From Octopus vulgaris (lineage: Eukaryota): a stretch of 64,000 nucleotides of DNA. Positions 61,042 to 64,000 of this stretch are shown here, one piece after another. A model generated the notes under the pieces. It ran no database searches, was not told where the DNA came from, and saw only the letters and a list, made by a program, of their open reading frames with translations. The first letter of the stretch is position 1, and every line of letters begins with the position of its first letter. The stretch spans positions 16,988,001-17,052,000 of the forward strand of contig OX597838.1 in NCBI GenBank assembly GCA_951406725.2. The letters run 5' to 3'. A program made the position numbers and the translations under genes.

Positions 61042-64000
61042 TTTTCTGTATGATGTGGTCAACCCGTTGAAATTTCATTACAAAGCATTTTTCGTTTTTT
61101 CTCTTCCTCCTCTTTCTCTTCTCATTGTATACCCATCAACATATTTGTAAATATGCACATTTTCTCACAGTAGAATGTAATGGCTAAATGACCTTTCAGG
61201 AAGTAGGATGAGAAAGATAAGAAAAAATAAGAAGATAAAATGTCATCACCATAAATTATGAAAATAAAAAGAGTTCAAATCCCAATGAAAATGTAAAGTA
61301 AAATTCCATACTCTGTGTAATTCGGTGTTTTTCAACAACAAACACCAGATATTAGTACAACATTCATAAATTAGGAAAATAATGTCAGAATATAAGAAAT
61401 AATTTGTGTACAGTACTGTTTATAATTCAGTCTATTCTCTATGTACATTTAATCAAGCATCACGAATGAGCTGGGTAATAAAATATACATTGTTTATGTA
61501 GCTGGAAGCCACTCTGTAAGATATGAATTATATAACAAAGCAGGGCCTGCTTAAATGTAGTTTGAGTACCTTTCATCAGTTTTTAGAATGTAATTTTCTT
61601 GCTTACTTGAATAAGATAATTCGAAACAGATATTTTTACACGAATTACTTTGCCAAGTAGCTACATCAAATATCCTTCCCAATCAGTGATAAAATGGCTC
61701 TAGCATTCTTTCCCGGATATATGCAAGTATTGTAAGTTTATAAAGAACAACAGTCGCCAAAATCCCAATGTTATACGTATATCTGACTAATATCACTCTA
61801 TTAGCATTGGAACAGCATTCAGAAACAACAGTAATAGTGTAGTATAAATATTTTCTCTTCATCCATCGTCGTTACTCTTAAGTAAGTATTTCGCCCGGTG
61901 TGCCAACGATTCTGCCAGCTCACCGCCTTAGAAGAAATCAAAAGATTTCAAATTTTTCCATAAGGGCAGCAATTTTGAGGTGGGGGGAGGAGTCGATTAC
62001 ATCGACCCCTGTGTTCAACTGGTACTTATTTTATCGAGCCCGAAAGAATGAAAGTCGAACTCGGTTGGTAAGCAAGCTACTTGCGTGGACGATAATATTT
62101 TCAACCGAGACATTCCACCTTTATCTGTTCAAGCGCTTCAATTCTGTGTTTTTACATATGTACAATTCTGTGTATGTACTCGACTGCTGACGTTTATCAG
62201 TAGTTTCTCCAATCGTTTTAGTACATTTTTTCTATCATTAATAGAACTGTTAGTATTTTTGATGACACTGGTATGATAGTATACAATAATTTATGACAAC
62301 TGTCAAGGAATTTAGAAATAAACTTAAGATTTTCTACGTTTCATTTCTTTCTAAAATTGGGCGTTGACTTGTTTCTTTTCAGTCTAAATTATTTCATAAA
62401 ATAAAAGAAGATGGTTTAAGAAGCTTGCTTTCCGACCACATGGTTCCGGGTTCAGTTTCACTGTGTGACACCTTGGGCAAGTGTCTTCTACTATATCTTC
62501 AGGCCGACCAAAGCCTTGTCATTGGATTTGGTAGACGGAAACTCACACACGCATACGTGTGTGTGTCTCCTCCACCTACCACTTGACAACAGGTACCTAG
62601 CGGTTTACCTAGCGGTTTGGCAAAAGAAACTGATAGAATAAGTACCAGTACTTTAAGAAATAAGATTCATTCGACTAAAGTTATTCAAGGCAGTGCACCA
62701 GCATGGCCGCAATATACTGACTGAAACAGATAAAAGATAAACGATATTTTATTAATTTCTTTAATTCTAATTGCCAGTTTTAACAATTATTGCTGTGAAT
62801 GGAATAAGTATGTAATTTTAAATATATAAAAATTAGCTATAACTGAAGTCTGCTGCTGATAGTATGTGGAAATAAGATGCATCTAGTAGTGGGATAAATA
62901 CTATTTACTTCTTTTCCTCTGCCTGCTTCCGACAAAATGGCGACCAAGAAATAGCATTTAGTGAAAGGCAGACGACTATTTCTGGGTTTAACGTGTCAGG
63001 CAAGCAAAACCAAAATAGAATATAGATTTCGTCTAAGGGAACAAGATAAGTGAATGGTCAATAATCGGATTGTATATGATATATGCCATCATTTGCCTAC
63101 AACGCTGCACTGAGCGAAACAACTTTTGGCTGATTAGGGATGGTTGTAGCACTGGCAAGAATGTCTCTTAGGTTTAATTGCAGACGACAGTTCGATTTAA
63201 CTGCTTGGAGGAAAAATTCCAACAAAACAATGAATTCATATTGTAACGTTAATGTTTTTAGAAATATCTAAATGAATTTTTAAAAGCATAAAGAAACCAA
63301 CTCATTGTTATTAACCCAAGTCTGTCCTGATCGAGTGAGCCTATAACCAAAAGCATTTTAGGCATGTTCATTCTATCGTTTATCAATCATTATGGAGCCT
63401 GAATTGTTTTATCTAATGTATCGCCTCTTTTTTCTTTTATTAGGTGACACTGTGTGTATTTTGAGGGAAATTTGGCTGCTATTACGAGCGATCAAGCAGA
63501 GAATACTTAGTAATAACAATACTACAGGACACTTTAATGAACCAGAACTTTTACAGATTAAAAGTTTTCTAATTAAGTCGAGGTAATTGACGAAAATAAA
63601 ATGAAATTAAAACAAATAGATAAATAAATAATGGGATATAGCGGCTGATAATTAGTAAATTACGAATTTAATTACCCCCCTCCTCACGCCAAAAATAAAA
63701 AAATATTGCTTGCAGAGAATTTGCTAAAAACTAAGTTAAGTGAACGTAAATAAGCTGACCCCCCCCCCATCCCATCACGCTAAAACCCACGTGACATTTA
63801 ACCCACGAGACACCCAACCCACGTGACTGCAGAATCGATTACACATTGATCGCAAGATATCTAATTTTAGGCCGCGTAACAAAAAGATACGTATAAGTAC
63901 ATGTTGTGATATATTTCCTGGAGAAAGTGTAACTGGTGAGACGAGACTAATTTACTTTTATTTTTCTTTCTTTCTTTCATATTTTCTTTTTGATCATTTC

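Overview
AT-rich, microsatellite-dense animal DNA. The SINE families, huge (TA)n/(ATAC)n/(ATC)n tracts and long introns suggest an octopus genome (inference). Nearly all ORFs in the track are low-complexity or repeat artefacts. I could reconstruct three real spliced genes by hand from GT-AG sites with matching phases. (1) A complete 3-exon PDX2/SNO/PdxT glutaminase subunit of PLP (vitamin B6) synthase, + strand, join 14645-14693, 23061-23422, 24790-25128, 249 aa, catalytic triad intact. (2) The 5' part of a PPC/DUF296-domain gene on the - strand, head-to-head with PDX2. (3) The last three exons of a - strand gene (60379-60264, 40483-40405, 37930-37545). Its coiled-coil segment aligns without gaps to the post-S4 C-terminus of Hv1/TMEM266-type voltage-sensor proteins. 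The rest is a transposon landscape: a decayed CRE-like RLE non-LTR retrotransposon, RTE and Penelope fragments, Penelope-type terminal repeats with variant minimal hammerhead motifs, hAT, mariner/Tc1, Tigger, piggyBac-type, Merlin-like (some carrying TTAGGG) and Helitron elements, four SINE families and many long hairpins. Repeat boundaries are read by eye and approximate unless a TSD or TIR is given.
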